DNA of 63,137 nucleotides, filler included, from Octopus bimaculoides (GCF_001194135.2; 5 parts of 4 records of this genome joined end to end with filler, not necessarily neighbours in it), one strand, 5' to 3'. Positions 36,870 through 49,747 are shown, numbered from the whole stretch's first letter. Made by a program: numbers and translations. Notes: generated from the sequence alone by a model not told the origin.

Positions 36870-39800
36870 ATAAACAGAAGATTATTGTTATTATTATTAT
36901 CATCATTATCATTATTATTATTATTATCATTATTTTTTTTTTATTGCCCTTGCACAGCTTCTAACGCTGGAGATGTACTACAATGTCAGCTGTTCACTAC
37001 CAGTGAACTAAGGTAACACCTCTTATTTTTCAAGCTGCTTCCTGAGTATTCGAGCGGTTCCAAGCAGTGCTATTTTCTGCAAGTTCTCCACCCTTATTGC
37101 AGCCCCTATTTGTTCCGCGTACTTCTCGGGATTTTTGCTCACTGTTCCCAGGGCTCCGACAGTTATTGGTACTACTGCTACCTTTTTCATCGACCACAAC
37201 TGCTTAATTTCCCATGCTAACCTGTCATATCTCTCGACTTTACCTTTTTCCTTATCGCATACCTTGTTGTCAACTGGGCATGCTATATCTATGATCCAGC
37301 ATTGTTCGTTTTCTTTCTCAATAAAGACTATGTCTGGCTTCCTATTCTCTATCTCATGGTCGCACTGAATTATAAAATCCCATAGGATCTTTGCATTTCC
37401 ATTTTCGACGATGCCTTCAGGTTTGTGATCGTACCAAGTTTTTGCTGTCAAAATACTTGTTGAAAAGTGTCCAATGGACAAGCCTGACTATATTGTCGTG
37501 GCGTCTCTTATATTCCTTCTGGGCTAGTGGCGTACATTGGCTGGTAATATGCCATACGGTTTCATTGTTTTGTCCAAAGATTCTGCACTTATCACTTTCT
37601 GCTGTGTTGTCTATTCTGTATTTTATGTAGTTTGTTCTTAGTGCTTGCTTTTGGGCAGAACAAATTAGAGCCTCTGTTTCCGGTTCTAAATCAGTTTTAG
37701 TCATCCACAGCCAACTTTTTTCTCTGTCTGTCTTATCTTCAACATACCATGAAATTTTCAATTTCTTGTAGAGTGCATTCTTTGCATTCTTTCATCCTAC
37801 ACAAGCCTGACCTTTTTACTTCTAATAATAGCGGTTCTGTGGAATTTTTTACATACCATACTGTGTTGTTTTCTCCTGCTCTAATGCTGTGCTCACATCC
37901 AATGAGTCCTCTTACCCCTCCTTTTCTTGGTACATACAATCTGTCTATGTCACATTTTGGGTGGAGTGACCCATATCTAGTTAGCAACTTCCTTGTCTTT
38001 TTGTCTAAGTTGTTTAGTTCGTCTACTGCACATGCGATTACCCCTGCTCCATATCTAAGGAGTGAAACCGCCCAGGTGTTGGTAGCTTCGATCTTATTGT
38101 CCGTTTAATTTCGACTTAAAGATCAGTCTCAGTCTGCGCAAGTACTCCACCTTAAATTTTTCTGTCATTTCTTTTTCCATCAATTTATCCATTTCCAATA
38201 TCCCCAAGTACTTATAGCTCGTCTCTTCTATCTGCTTCATGATCTCACCCGACGGTATCGTTAGCCCGTCCATACATTTGATTTTGCCTCTCTTCAAGAC
38301 TGACACACCACTCTTTCTCAGTACGAACTCCATTCTGATATCAGCACTGTAGGTATACACCGTATTAACGAGGGAACTGACTTGGGTTTCATCTTTACCA
38401 TAAAGTTTGAGGTCATCTATGAATAACAAATGGTTGACTTTTTGTTGACGGCTTTTGCTTTCCTTAGAATCAGTGTTAGTGGTATCAAGCACAGTACAAA
38501 GACCAGCGAGGACAGGCAGTCCCATTGGAAGATGCCCCTCCTAATTTCTACTGTCCCTAAGCTTCTTCCGTATGCTGTCAGGTCCGTTCTCCAATTCGCC
38601 ATACTTATTCCAAGCAATCGCTCAACATTCGATACAATACCAAATAGGTTCATACACCCCATAATCCAAGAATGTGGGATCATATCGTACGCCTTAGGAT
38701 AGTCGATGCATGGCAACAGTGAGCAAAAACTTGGTACGACCACAAACCTGAAGGCATCGTCGAAAATAGAAATGCAAAGATCCTATGGGATTTTATGATT
38801 CAGTGCGACCATGAGATAGAGAATAGGAAGCCAGACATAGTCTTAATTGAGAAAGAAAACAAACTATGCTGGATCATAGATATAGGATGCCCAGCAGACA
38901 ACAAGGTATGCGATAAGGAAGAAAGAAAAGTCGAGAGATATGACAGGTTAGCTTGGGAAGTTAAGCAGTTGTGGTCGATGAAAAGGTGGCAGTAGTAACA
39001 ATAATTTTCGGAGCCCTGGGAACAGTGAGCAAAAATCCCGAGAAGTACGCGGAACAAATAGGGGCTGCAATAAGGGTGGAGAACTTGCAGAAAACAGCAC
39101 TGTTTGGAACCGCTCGAATACTCCGGAAGGTGCTCGAAAAATAAGAGGTGTTACCGTAGTTTTCCTCTTCTTGCAGTTTCTAAGCTGTTTCCTCTTCTTG
39201 CAGTTTCTAAGCACAGTTTTGTCTATCAGGAGTTGATCCTTGGTACCTCTGCAACCCTTCTGCTCATGTGGTAGGACTCCATTTGTTTTTTCAAATGTCC
39301 AGACATTGACTCTGCGACTTTTCCAGTCAATAATTTCCACATAATTCGCAAACAGGATATCGGCCTGTAATTGTCTACCGTATTGCCTTTTTCGATGTTT
39401 TTCAGGCACATCACTGTCCTACCCAATGTCAACCACTCTGGTGTTATTTGGTCAGCATTTAATAAGGTGTTGAGTTGCGCAGCTATTCATGCACGACATT
39501 CATCGAATCTTTTGATCCAGTAGCCTTGGACTCCATCTGGTCCCGGGGCCTTCCAATTGCTTATTTTTTTGCTGATTTCCTTCACTTCCCTAACTGAAAT
39601 GACTAGTTCTTCCTCCTTTGGACAGACTACTATTTGTTTCAGTTCTTGCAACCATTCAGCATCCTTCTTATGCTCCTTGTTTTTGCTTCAGTGTCACTCC
39701 AAAACCTTTGACTTTCAATGTTATTTGGTATCAACTTTTCATCTGTACACTCTTCATTTATTTCTTTACAAAATCTCTTCTGATCTACTCCGAATAACCT

Positions 39801-41360
39801 ATTCTGCTGGTAACCCTTCATTCTTTGGTCGTATCTTACCATCTTTGCTTTCTTTGCAATGAGGCGCTGCTTCAGCTCCTCCATTACTACTTTCAGGTCC
39901 TTTCTTTCAGTATTATACTTCCTTTTCAGCGCCATGTATTTTTGTTCGTTTTTAAGCTCCCCTTTCTTTTTCTGTCTAACACAGAGATTTCCTTCGAGAG
40001 CATTCTAATCCTACCTGGATTTTTCTTTTCCACCATGGATCTCTTCTTTTGTCACTTCCATTATGTTTCTCTTTCTTGACATCAACACCCACGTTTTCTG
40101 CTACAACAATACTTGCTGCCTTGATTAAATTATTTGTTTTTGTGATGTTTGTTTTGACGTATTTCAGAATTTCATTGACATTTTTCGTTTCATGGTTCAA
40201 TTTCCATCGACCGACCTTTTTAAGATTGCAAATAATGTCGCTATCATTCTCCTGTAGTCTTACTTTTATTCTGTCGTAGATTGCCTTTTGTTCATCTGTC
40301 ATGTCGCCATTAGTTTTATTGTCTTCTTTTAGATCATCTATATGTCTCTCATCAAGTAAACTACCACTGCTCCTTTCCTGTGCTATGAGATTACTCTTAT
40401 TAGTAAGAACTGTATTTTCATTGTTATCTCTGCTGCTATTTTCCATGACCCATCTTTTGATAGCTTCGAGTTCTACTTCTGTGAACCAACATTTTTTTTC
40501 CTTATTGCTCTAGCTTGATCACATAGTTTCTGTTCTGTGAGTTGAAACAATTCCTTTTCTCTCCAATGATCATACATACGCTGTCGGTAACCCCTAATTT
40601 GAGTACCATTTTCATCTACCAGGCTGCTCAGATAGTATTTTGCTTGCTCCATCTATGCCTTGTGTGGTGGTCCCTTTCTGGATATCAACAGGCTGGAGCC
40701 AGACCAGAATGTCTGAGCCTACCGGGTGTACCACTGTCACCATCATTGGCTTCAGTTTCGTTACCACCGTTATTCACAATATTTGTTTTTTCATTGTCAC
40801 TCATATGAGGTAATGATTATCAGGTTGCACAATTACCAGTGTTTTTATTATGACACCATCACTAGATCTATCATTAATCAGCCCATAAGGAGGCTCCACC
40901 CGTTTCCTTTCATTATCATTATTATTATCGTCACTGATATCACTAGTATTATTGTTTTATGTGTAGTAACAGCAGTAATTGCAGCAACGGCAGCAGGGGT
41001 AGGGTGGTGGTAAGGGTGGTAGTTGGGCCTCAGATTCCTGTGCGATCATAATAGTAGTAGTTGTAGTATTATTGTAGTATTAAGAGCATTTAGTATTTGC
41101 AGCTGCAGCACATTATTATTACTTTTATTTTTACCATTATCACCATCACCACCACTACCATTATTGAAGGAAATAGTTGGTAGCAGTTTGGTAAGTAGAT
41201 CATATTCTGCAGGTCTATAAATAGATTCTGAAGATGGTAGGGAGGTCAGCCATAGAGGCAAAAGAATCTTCGCATCCTTTGGGTCTGGTAGAGGTCAGAT
41301 GTGTTTACTACTACCAGTGGCCACTGAGAGCGGTGCCTTGAGAAGAAGCAATTCAACCTG
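36870..41360 (-). mobile_element. Near full-length degenerate R4/Dong-like LINE 5 (single ORF: N-terminal region, RT, CCHC, RLE) with (AAT/GAT)n tail
   Basis: NYRPISCL; [15 protein letters not shown]; IDYPKAYDMIPHSW; RGIFQWDCLSSLVF; HLLFIDDLKLYG; RKPDIV...IIDIACP...[12 protein letters not shown]...LGTARILRK. The 5' boundary is uncertain. Confidence 0.9.
38718..39160 (+). mobile_element. Inverted about 440-bp copy of the 3' end of LINE 5 inserted in its own RT
   Basis: Reverse complement of about 37005-37450 with high identity by eye; splits VLRNCKKRK|...IDYPKAYD; 24-bp tandem duplication at the right junction. Confidence 0.88.
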
Positions 41361-42169
41361 TTCTATTTGTAATTACTGTTAGAAAAAACAACAATGTTAT
41401 ATATATACATACATACACATACACACACACACACACATATATATGTGTGTGTATATATACATATATATATATGTACATATATATATATTATATTATATTA
41501 TATTATATTATATTTATCTTATGATATTTACTTTACTTTATATTATACTCATTTATTGTGCTTTTAATTATTAATTTTTCTATATGTGATAGTGGATTTT
41601 CATCGATGAGTTCTTGAAAATTGGTTATTTTCCCTAAAACTATATATATGTACATATATATNNNNNNNNNNNNNNNNNNNNNNNNNNNNNNNNNNNNNNN
41701 NNNNNNNNNNNNNNNNNNNNNNNNNNNNNNNNNNNNNNNNNNNNNNNNNNNNNNNNNNNNNNNNNNNNNNNNNNNNNNNNNNNNNNNNNNNNNNNNNNNN
41801 NNNNNNNNNNNNNNNNNNNNNNNNNNNNNNNNNNNNNNNNNNNNNNNNNNNNNNNNNNNNNNNNNNNNNNNNNNNNNNNNNNNNNNNNNNNNNNNNNNNN
41901 NNNNNNNNNNNNNNNNNNNNNNNNNNNNNNNNNNNNNNNNNNNNNNNNNNNNNNNNNNNNNNNNNNNNNNNNNNNNNNNNNNNNNNNNNNNNNNNNNNNN
42001 NNNNNNNNNNNNNNNNNNNNNNNNNNNNNNNNNNNNNNNNNNNNNNNNNNNNNNNNNNNNNNNNNNNNNNNNNNNNNNNNNNNNNNNNNNNNNNNNNNNN
42101 NNNNNNNNNNNNNNNNNNNNNNNNNNNNNNNNNNNNNNNNNNNNNNNNNNNNAATATAGATGTGTATAA

Positions 42170-43456
42170 GGAGGAGTAAAAAGGATTTCTAACCGGCTTT
42201 CATCGCATGGCAAATTTTCAAGAAGAGAGAAAATGAAAATAATATTTTTTACAAAAAAATGAAAAATATATATTAAAAAAATAAATATACCAGTACATCA
42301 TATTGTCTTTGAACTTTTAAAGTTCAATGGTAATCCATGTAGATAATTGTTAGAAAGATTAGGATGCATGTATTTAAGATTGGTGTTGTGTTTAAAAAGG
42401 TTGAATGTTTATGTGTCAAACAGGAAGTGTGGATAAGGGGAGACAATTCTGTGGGTTTTATACTCTTTAGTTAGAGTTCTGGACTTTTGTCAACAGGAAG
42501 TTTATGTCTGTTCTTAGAGAAATAAGAAGTAAATTTATAGGTATTTCATTGGGTAAGCGAGAGAAGGGAATACGGTCACCGAGGAGTTTCTATGTTAAGA
42601 AGCGTTCGGAATTTCTCTATAAAAAGATTCTCCTTGTTGATTCTTTCTTGTGTAGAGATTCTGTCTTTACATTGATAGAAAGGGAATATAAGGAATTTAG
42701 GATTTTTATTTCTCGTGCAAGAGTCTATGTGGCCACCGAGTGGAATTTGGCGGTGTTGTGGGAGATTTATTTGTTCTTTATGGACTGATACTCTTCTACG
42801 TAAAGGGGGGACTCGTCTGTCCGATATAGTTGTGTTGGCAACCTGCGCATGTAAGTACGTAAATGAGGTTCCCGGAGGAACAAGAGAAGTTGGTCTTGAT
42901 TTTAAGCTTTGTTCCTTCTTTGAAGGTAAATTCAGAGCCTTCAAGTAGGTAGGGACAGGTACCACAGTTAGGGCGTGCATATCTTTTAACTGATGGGGGT
43001 GAAAGTGGTGTGTGTAGTTTGGCATTAGTTAAGAGTTTTTTCAAAAATTTGTGTTGCCTTTTGCATTTGAGGACTTTGTGTGTATTGATAATATTATTCA
43101 TTTTCGGGTCTGTGGTCAGTAAGGGGAGGTTTTATTTGATTGTGGTGTATGCTTCGATGTTTTTGGGGTTGTGGGTGGAAATGTATGGAAGTATTTTAGG
43201 GTTGGGTGTGTTACTGTGTTGGGTGGTTTTCAGTGTGTTTTTTCAAGTTCCTTGGTACGTTTTATTCCAAAGTCTATGAGTGTGGAGGGATATTGGCGAT
43301 GTAATAGTGTTTTTTAAGGTCTTCTAGGCGTATTTCTCGAGTGGTTGGGTCAGAGACAATGGTGCAAATTCTTTTAGCTAAATTGAAGGGGATATTTATC
43401 TTGGTGTGTTTTGGGTGGCATTAGCTGAAGAGGAGGTATTGTTGTGAGTCTGTAAC
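42170..43456 (-). mobile_element. Penelope-like element (RT C-terminus and GIY-YIG endonuclease)
   Basis: RPNCGTCPYL...FSCSSGNLIYVLTCAGCQHNYIGQT...RRRVSVHKEQI...KENLFIEKF; upstream HPKHTKINIPFNLAKRICTI. Confidence 0.9.
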
Positions 43457-43556
43457 NNNNNNNNNNNNNNNNNNNNNNNNNNNNNNNNNNNNNNNNNNNN
43501 TTAATTAATTAANNNNNNNNNNNNNNNNNNNNNNNNNNNNNNNNNNNNNNNNNNNN
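43457..43556. other. Artificial scaffold linker
   Basis: 44 N + TTAATTAATTAA (43501-43512) + 44 N. Confidence 0.95.
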
Positions 43557-43730
43557 TATACATATTTGTATGTATAAATTCTAGATATCTGAAGTCTTGT
43601 CTGTCTCTGACTCTCCAGTTCTTTCAAACTTTTTTCCATTCTGTCTGCATACCCCTCTCTCTCTCTCTCTTGATTTTTCACTCTGTCTCTGAATTAGTCT
43701 GTCTCTCTCTCTCTCCCTCACATCCCTCGT

Positions 43731-43775
<45 letters not shown>

Positions 43776-43884
43776 TACATACAAACATATACATGTATGT
43801 GTGCGTATATATATATTGGTCATATTAGCAATGTAAATACACACATGCTATTGGTGATTCCTTCTCCTTCTTTGGAGTTTTCCC

Positions 43885-43928
43885 TTTCTCCTTCCTGATG
43901 AAGAGCTATGCTCGAAATGTCAAAAAGT
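43885..43928 (+). ncRNA. Degenerate minimal hammerhead ribozyme motif of Penelope type
   Basis: CTGATGA-A-GAGC-TAT-GCTC-GAAA-TGTC; the usual GAAACGTC carries a C>T change; stem I is weak. Confidence 0.55.
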
Positions 43929-43984
43929 CTTTTTTTACTGAGCTTCAAACTAATACCTTCCTTGTGCATGTGCTCTTACTCGGT

Positions 43985-44190
43985 ACACTTTTAATTGTTT
44001 CAGTCATTTACTGTGGCCATGCTGGAGCACCGCCTGTAGTCGAAGAAATCGACTCCAGGACTTATTCTGTGTAAGCCTAGTACCTATTCTATCGGTCTCT
44101 TTTGCCGAACTGCTAAGTTACGGGGACGTAAACACACCAGCATCAGTTGACAAGCGAGGTTGGGGACAAACATAGACACACAAACACATA
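43985..44190 (-). mobile_element. SINE family A 3' half
   Basis: TTGTTTCAGTCATTTACTGTGGCCATGCTGGAGCACCGCC...GGGGACGTAAACACACCAGCATC. Confidence 0.88.
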
Positions 44191-44827
44191 CACACACTCC
44201 CAGACACACATGTACATCCACCTATGTACACAGATATATTAATGTATGTGTGCATATATATTTTTTCTTTGCACATAGTGTGTCTGTTTTGTTTCAANNN
44301 NNNNNNNNNNNNNNNNNNNNNNNNNNNNNNNNNNNNNNNNNNNNNNNNNNNNNNNNNNNNNNNNNNNNNNNNNNNNNNNNNNNNNNNNNNNNNNNNNNNN
44401 NNNNNNNNNNNNNNNNNNNNNNNNNNNNNNNNNNNNNNNNNNNNNNNNNNNNNNNNNNNNNNNNNNNNNNNNNNNNNNNNNNNNNNNNNNNNNNNNNNNN
44501 NNNNNNNNNNNNNNNNNNNNNNNNNNNNNNNNNNNNNNNNNNNNNNNNNNNNNNNNNNNNNNNNNNNNNNNNNNNNNNNNNNNNNNNNNNNNNNNNNNNN
44601 NNNNNNNNNNNNNNNNNNNNNNNNNNNNNNNNNNNNNNNNNNNNNNNNNNNNNNNNNNNNNNNNNNNNNNNNNNNNNNNNNNNNNNNNNNNNNNNNNNNN
44701 NNNNNNNNNNNNNNNNNNNNNNNNNNNNNNNNNNNNNNNNNNNNNNNNNNNNNNNNNNNNNNNNNNNNNNNNNNNNNNNNNNNNNNNNNNNNNNNNNNNN
44801 NNNNNNNNNNNNNNNNNNNNNNNNNNN

Positions 44828-44878
<51 letters not shown>

Positions 44879-45089
44879 CACACACTCCCAGACACACATG
44901 TACATCCACCTATGTACACAGATATATTAATGTATGTGTGCATATATATTTTTTCTTTGCACATAGTGTGTCTGTTTTGTTTCAAACTGAGCCTATTATT
45001 CTTCATATATATGTGTGTGTGTATGTATATTCATACACACAAATGCTCTCGTATATAAAATTTATGAGCGTTGTACATGCATACAAGTA

Positions 45090-45139
<50 letters not shown>

Positions 45140-45845
45140 CATACAGACACAGACACACATATATATGTACATGCACACAACTTATATATACATGGTCACA
45201 CACATGCACACATATATGTGTATATATACATACGCATACATACATATGTGTGTGTGTGTGTGTGTGTATTCACATTCAAATACGTGTATGCACATGAACA
45301 TATACACATACACAGAAACAGGTCCGCATATATCATTCTATCAAGAAGGTCGTAGGTTTTAATAAAGATTTTTTTTTATTCTTTTGCCAAGTTGTCGAGC
45401 AGTGTTTTATGGAATTCAGCCGAAACATCCTGTCTTTTATTTCTTTGGAAAAGTTTGAAGAAACAGTTTTATTCTTTTGTTTGTCAATACATTTTTTTTT
45501 TTTTTTTTTTTACATTCTTTTTGTGTTTTATGTATTTTTGTTTTCTTTTGCTGTATAAGGACTGATCTTCTTTCAAATCTTCTTTTACTGCTTTTGAGAC
45601 AGACCATCGGTGTGTGGTGGCAATGCAGGGGGCACTTCCTTCACATTATATTCAGCTGTATGCACTCTAGTACTTGTTACTGGTTAGACTCCCCCAAAGT
45701 GAATCTCGACTGAGTAGACCTGTAATCAGTCATTCCAGTCATGACCATCCTGTCCTTTTTTATTCATCAAATGTGCAGTCAGATGTATGTAAATTAATTA
45801 TAAATCTTTACTTGTTCTTCATTTCAATTCATTTTGTTTATCACG

Positions 45846-45887
<42 letters not shown>

Positions 45888-46009
45888 CATGCATGCAAAC
45901 ACATATATACACACGCACACACACAGACACTTGGTATTCAGACAACATATGTAATTGACAGGTTACACTATAATTAGTCTTAGCAAGGTGTGTTTAACTA
46001 AAATAACAC

Positions 46010-47197
46010 AATATTCTATTAATATTGGTTTCAAATTTTGGCACAAAGTCAGTGATTTTGGAGGAGGGGTAGAAATCGATTATATTGGTTATATCGATTC
46101 CAGTGCTCCATTGTTACTTATTTTATTGACCCCAAAAGAAATTCGAACTCAGAATGTAAAAATGGNNNNNNNNNNNNNNNNNNNNNNNNNNNNNNNNNNN
46201 NNNNNNNNNNNNNNNNNNNNNNNNNNNNNNNNNNNNNNNNNNNNNNNNNNNNNNNNNNNNNNNNNNNNNNNNNNNNNNNNNNNNNNNNNNNNNNNNNNNN
46301 NNNNNNNNNNNNNNNNNNNNNNNNNNNNNNNNNNNNNNNNNNNNNNNNNNNNNNNNNNNNNNNNNNNNNNNNNNNNNNNNNNNNNNNNNNNNNNNNNNNN
46401 NNNNNNNNNNNNNNNNNNNNNNNNNNNNNNAAAAGGATGAAAGACAAAGTCGACCTCAGCAGAATTTGAACTCAGAACGTAAAGACAGACATAATGCTTT
46501 TCTACTCTAAGCACAAGGCCCGAAATTTTGGGTGAGGTGGCGTGGGCAATCGATTAGATTGACCCAGTATGCAGCTGGTACTTAATTTATCGATTCCGAA
46601 ATAATGAAAAGCAAAATCGACCTCAGCAGAATTTGAACTCAGAACGTAAAGACATACAAAATGCTTTTCTGCTCTGGGAACAAGGCCCGAAATTTTGGGG
46701 GAGGGGGTGAGCAATCGATTAGATCGACCCAGTATGCAACTGGTACTTAATTTAGCAATTCCGAAAGGATGAAAAGCAAAGTCAACCTCTGCAGAACTTG
46801 AACTCAGAACGTAAAGACAGACATAATGCTTCTCTACTCGAGGCACAAGGCCCGAAATTTTGGGGGATAAGGGGGAGCAATCGATTAGATCGACCCAGTA
46901 CGCAACTGGTACTTAATTTATCGATTCCAAAAGGATGAAAAGCAAAGTCGACCTCAGCGGAATTTGAACTCAGAACGTAAAGACATACAAAATGCTTTTC
47001 TGCTCTGGGCACAAGTCCCGAAATTTTAGGGGAGGTGTGGTGGGCAATCGATTAGATCGACCCAGTACGCAACTGGTACTTAATTTATCGATTCCGAAAG
47101 GATGAAAAGCAAAGTCGACCTCAGAAAAAAAGACAGACAAAATGCTGCTAACCATTTTGCCTGGCATGCTAACGGTTCCGCCAGCTCGCCGCCTTCA
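46010..47197 (-). repeat. SINE-B-derived tandem array, about 166-bp units (four complete units starting near 46432, 46599, 46765, 46931), ending in the SINE head at 47097-47197
   Basis: Recurrent AAAGGATGAAAAGCAAAGTCGACCTCAG at 166-167-bp spacing; a gap at 46166-46430 hides additional units. Confidence 0.92.
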
Positions 47198-47241
47198 GCA
47201 TACTATTAATATTGAGCATCTATCTATGGAACAGTGGTGGA

Positions 47242-47449
47242 GGCGCAATGGCCCAGTGGTTAGGGCAGCGGACTCCCGGTCATAGGATCGTGGTTTCGAT
47301 TCCCAGACCGGGCGTTGTGAGTGTTTATTGAGCGAAAACACCTAAAGCTCCACGAGGCTCCGGCAGGGGATGGTGGCGGACCCTGCTATACTCTTTCACC
47401 ACAACTTTCTCTCACTCTTACTTCCTGTTTCTGTTGTGCCTGTAATTCT
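47242..47449 (+). mobile_element. tRNA(Arg-like)-derived SINE family C, 3'-truncated
   Basis: GGCGCAATGGCCCAGTGGTTAGGGCAGCGGACTC...GGTTTCGATTCCCAG; homologous to 51681. Confidence 0.85.
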
Positions 47450-49361
47450 AAGAAATTTTTGAGTGTACAGTAAAACTTTTGCAAATTCAGTGGTCTCACA
47501 CACACCTTCCCTCTTCACATATGATACAATAATACACACAAAACATAGATACACTCACACACATATGCTTGCAGACATGCACATACTCTTAACGTACCCT
47601 AATAGAAACACTTTAATGAATAGACCCACATATTATGTTAAAGTACACGAAAACGTGTATCTGTGTGTGTGTGTGTGAGACTAGTGTCCAAAGGTTATCA
47701 ATGTGGTGATTGGATTGTGTCCAGATGTTCAAAGGTCATCGAACTATATTCGGATAGGTCAGAAATGGATAAAGGTCACGTGTGTGTTTTGATTTGGTGC
47801 AGCTGTACAAAGGTCATCTAGTGCTTTAAATGCAGTGTACTGCAATATGTACATATTTTTATACATACATAGATACATACATGCATACATATTTATGTTT
47901 ACACATATATTATGAAACAGACAGCGAAACAAAAGAGAAAGTCTGTTTGATAGACATAATTAAATACATGCGTACCAAGATAGGCAACTACATACAAAAC
48001 AGCTGAAATGTTTCAACATAAGGCTAGTGAAATAGCTGGTTTGGCTGTTTAAACAGAGAAACTAACAGACAAATGGACGGTGATGATTTTTGATTTTTCA
48101 TGTCTTGATTGCAAGGGGAAGAGCAGCATTCTAGGCGCAGGGCCCTTGGAACTTGTGGATGATGGTAGAAGTGCTTTTCAGACCTGGGAATTGTTTTGAA
48201 TGTTTATAAAGGGGTATTTTTCGCTTAAGGAACTCAAAATCTTGAGGTATGTGATGATAAGCTTTGACACAGTTTCCACCTACACTGTTACGTAATCCTC
48301 TAAGGTGTTAGATCGACTTCAAAATATGGTTGAAGATACACAGTGGATTTGGGATCAAATCTGGAACGATGTAATTGCAAAACTAATTCCGTAACCACAC
48401 AATAACATGAACATGTATTTGCAAGCTGATTTAATTTCTGTCAACACTGACTTCAAGTATGTAATTTCAGCCAAGAAATGGGACTCCTTTTATTGAGACT
48501 GGTCGCAGTTAATTTATTTTCGTTCAGCGTCTGGCGGTCGTCTTAGAGATGCCCTGTGTCATAAATTATCATTCGTAGCAGACGTTCTCTTGACATCGTT
48601 CACACGAGCCCGAGTTGTTACCTATAATCGTGAAAATTAAAAGAAATTCAAATTCAATGTTTTCTTGAAGCAATAAGTTTCTTAAATTCCCATCTATGAA
48701 AAGTTTACGTTCTATAATAAAGGAACGAAAAATTATCCAGCAAAAGTATCGGACTAATACGAACGAGCCTGGTAGAAGTGAAAGATTAACTCACACCTCT
48801 TGTCAAGAGTACAGGCGACAGTCAACTCGCCGATGTTTGATGTGCACTCTGCTGTCGTTATTTGGTTGCTGTTATCCTGTGTGTAAAGATCAGTTGTGTT
48901 TTCCAGGGTTGCTTTATTTTTACCCTTAACTTAGAAGTGGAGAAACACATAGTGCTAGATATAAAAAATAAGCCACTTGGGGCTAGAAATAAAGTGGAAA
49001 AATGTGAAATTTTTCGAGCTGGCATGTGTCTTATGCGAAATCTGTGATGAGCCCGAGTGACGCTGAAGACCTGGAGTCGCCTCTGATATAGGTATGTTTA
49101 TACAAACAGGAAAAATAGAACTCAAAATTTGAGTATATGTATATTTTTATTAATGTTTAGCAGAAGTAACAGAGTGATTCAAGGTCCAAGAGTTTCGTGC
49201 GTTGGCCGATTCACATTAATTTAAATATATATCCATGTGTATTATCTATCTATCTATCTATCTATCGAGATAGATAGATAGATAGATTCGTATATATTAT
49301 ATCTATATATCTTCTGGAGCATTGTATATAGTCGTAAACATGATATATATATATACATATA

Positions 49362-49573
49362 TATCATTATAAATATACAGGGATTAGCAATTGAGTTGCT
49401 TCTCCAACATACTGAAAATTTAGAAATAGCAGTCAAAGAACTACTGATTCCAAACTACAAATTTTAGAGAAAATTTGTAGTTTGGAATCAGTAGTTCTTT
49501 GACTGCTATTTCTAAATTTTCAGTATGTTGGAGAAGCAACTCAATTGCTAATGCCTGTATATTTATAATGATA
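49362..49573. repeat. Near-perfect 212-bp palindrome (about 103-bp arms, 4-nt loop)
   Basis: TATCATTATAAATATACAGG...CAAACTACAATTTT-AGAG-AAAATTTGTAGTTTG...CCTGTATATTTATAATGATA; one mismatch and one 1-nt indel. Confidence 0.95.
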
Positions 49574-49675
49574 AATAGTCTTACCGATAAAGGTTTTTTT
49601 CATACTGAACTACTTGGCAGAATTGTTAATTATTAATTCTATTATTAATTGACGATTCTCTGCCCTTATTCTTGT

Positions 49676-49747
<72 letters not shown>

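Noticed and set aside
42185-42215. Hammerhead-like remnant downstream of the Penelope ORF (minus strand GCGATGAAAGCCGGTTAGAAA), and CCTGATGAGAAGG at about 53154
   Set aside because: The first has a broken core and stem II; the second is cut off by a gap, so it cannot be evaluated.
44186-44985. Identical about 110-bp sequence on both sides of the gap (44186-44297 and 44874-44985)
   Set aside because: Typical unmerged contig overlap; not treated as a biological duplication.
47242-47312. tRNA genes at SINE heads (also 22204, 22871, 51681, 54915-54983)
   Set aside because: A/B-box-like motifs continue into shared non-tRNA bodies and lack a proper acceptor stem.
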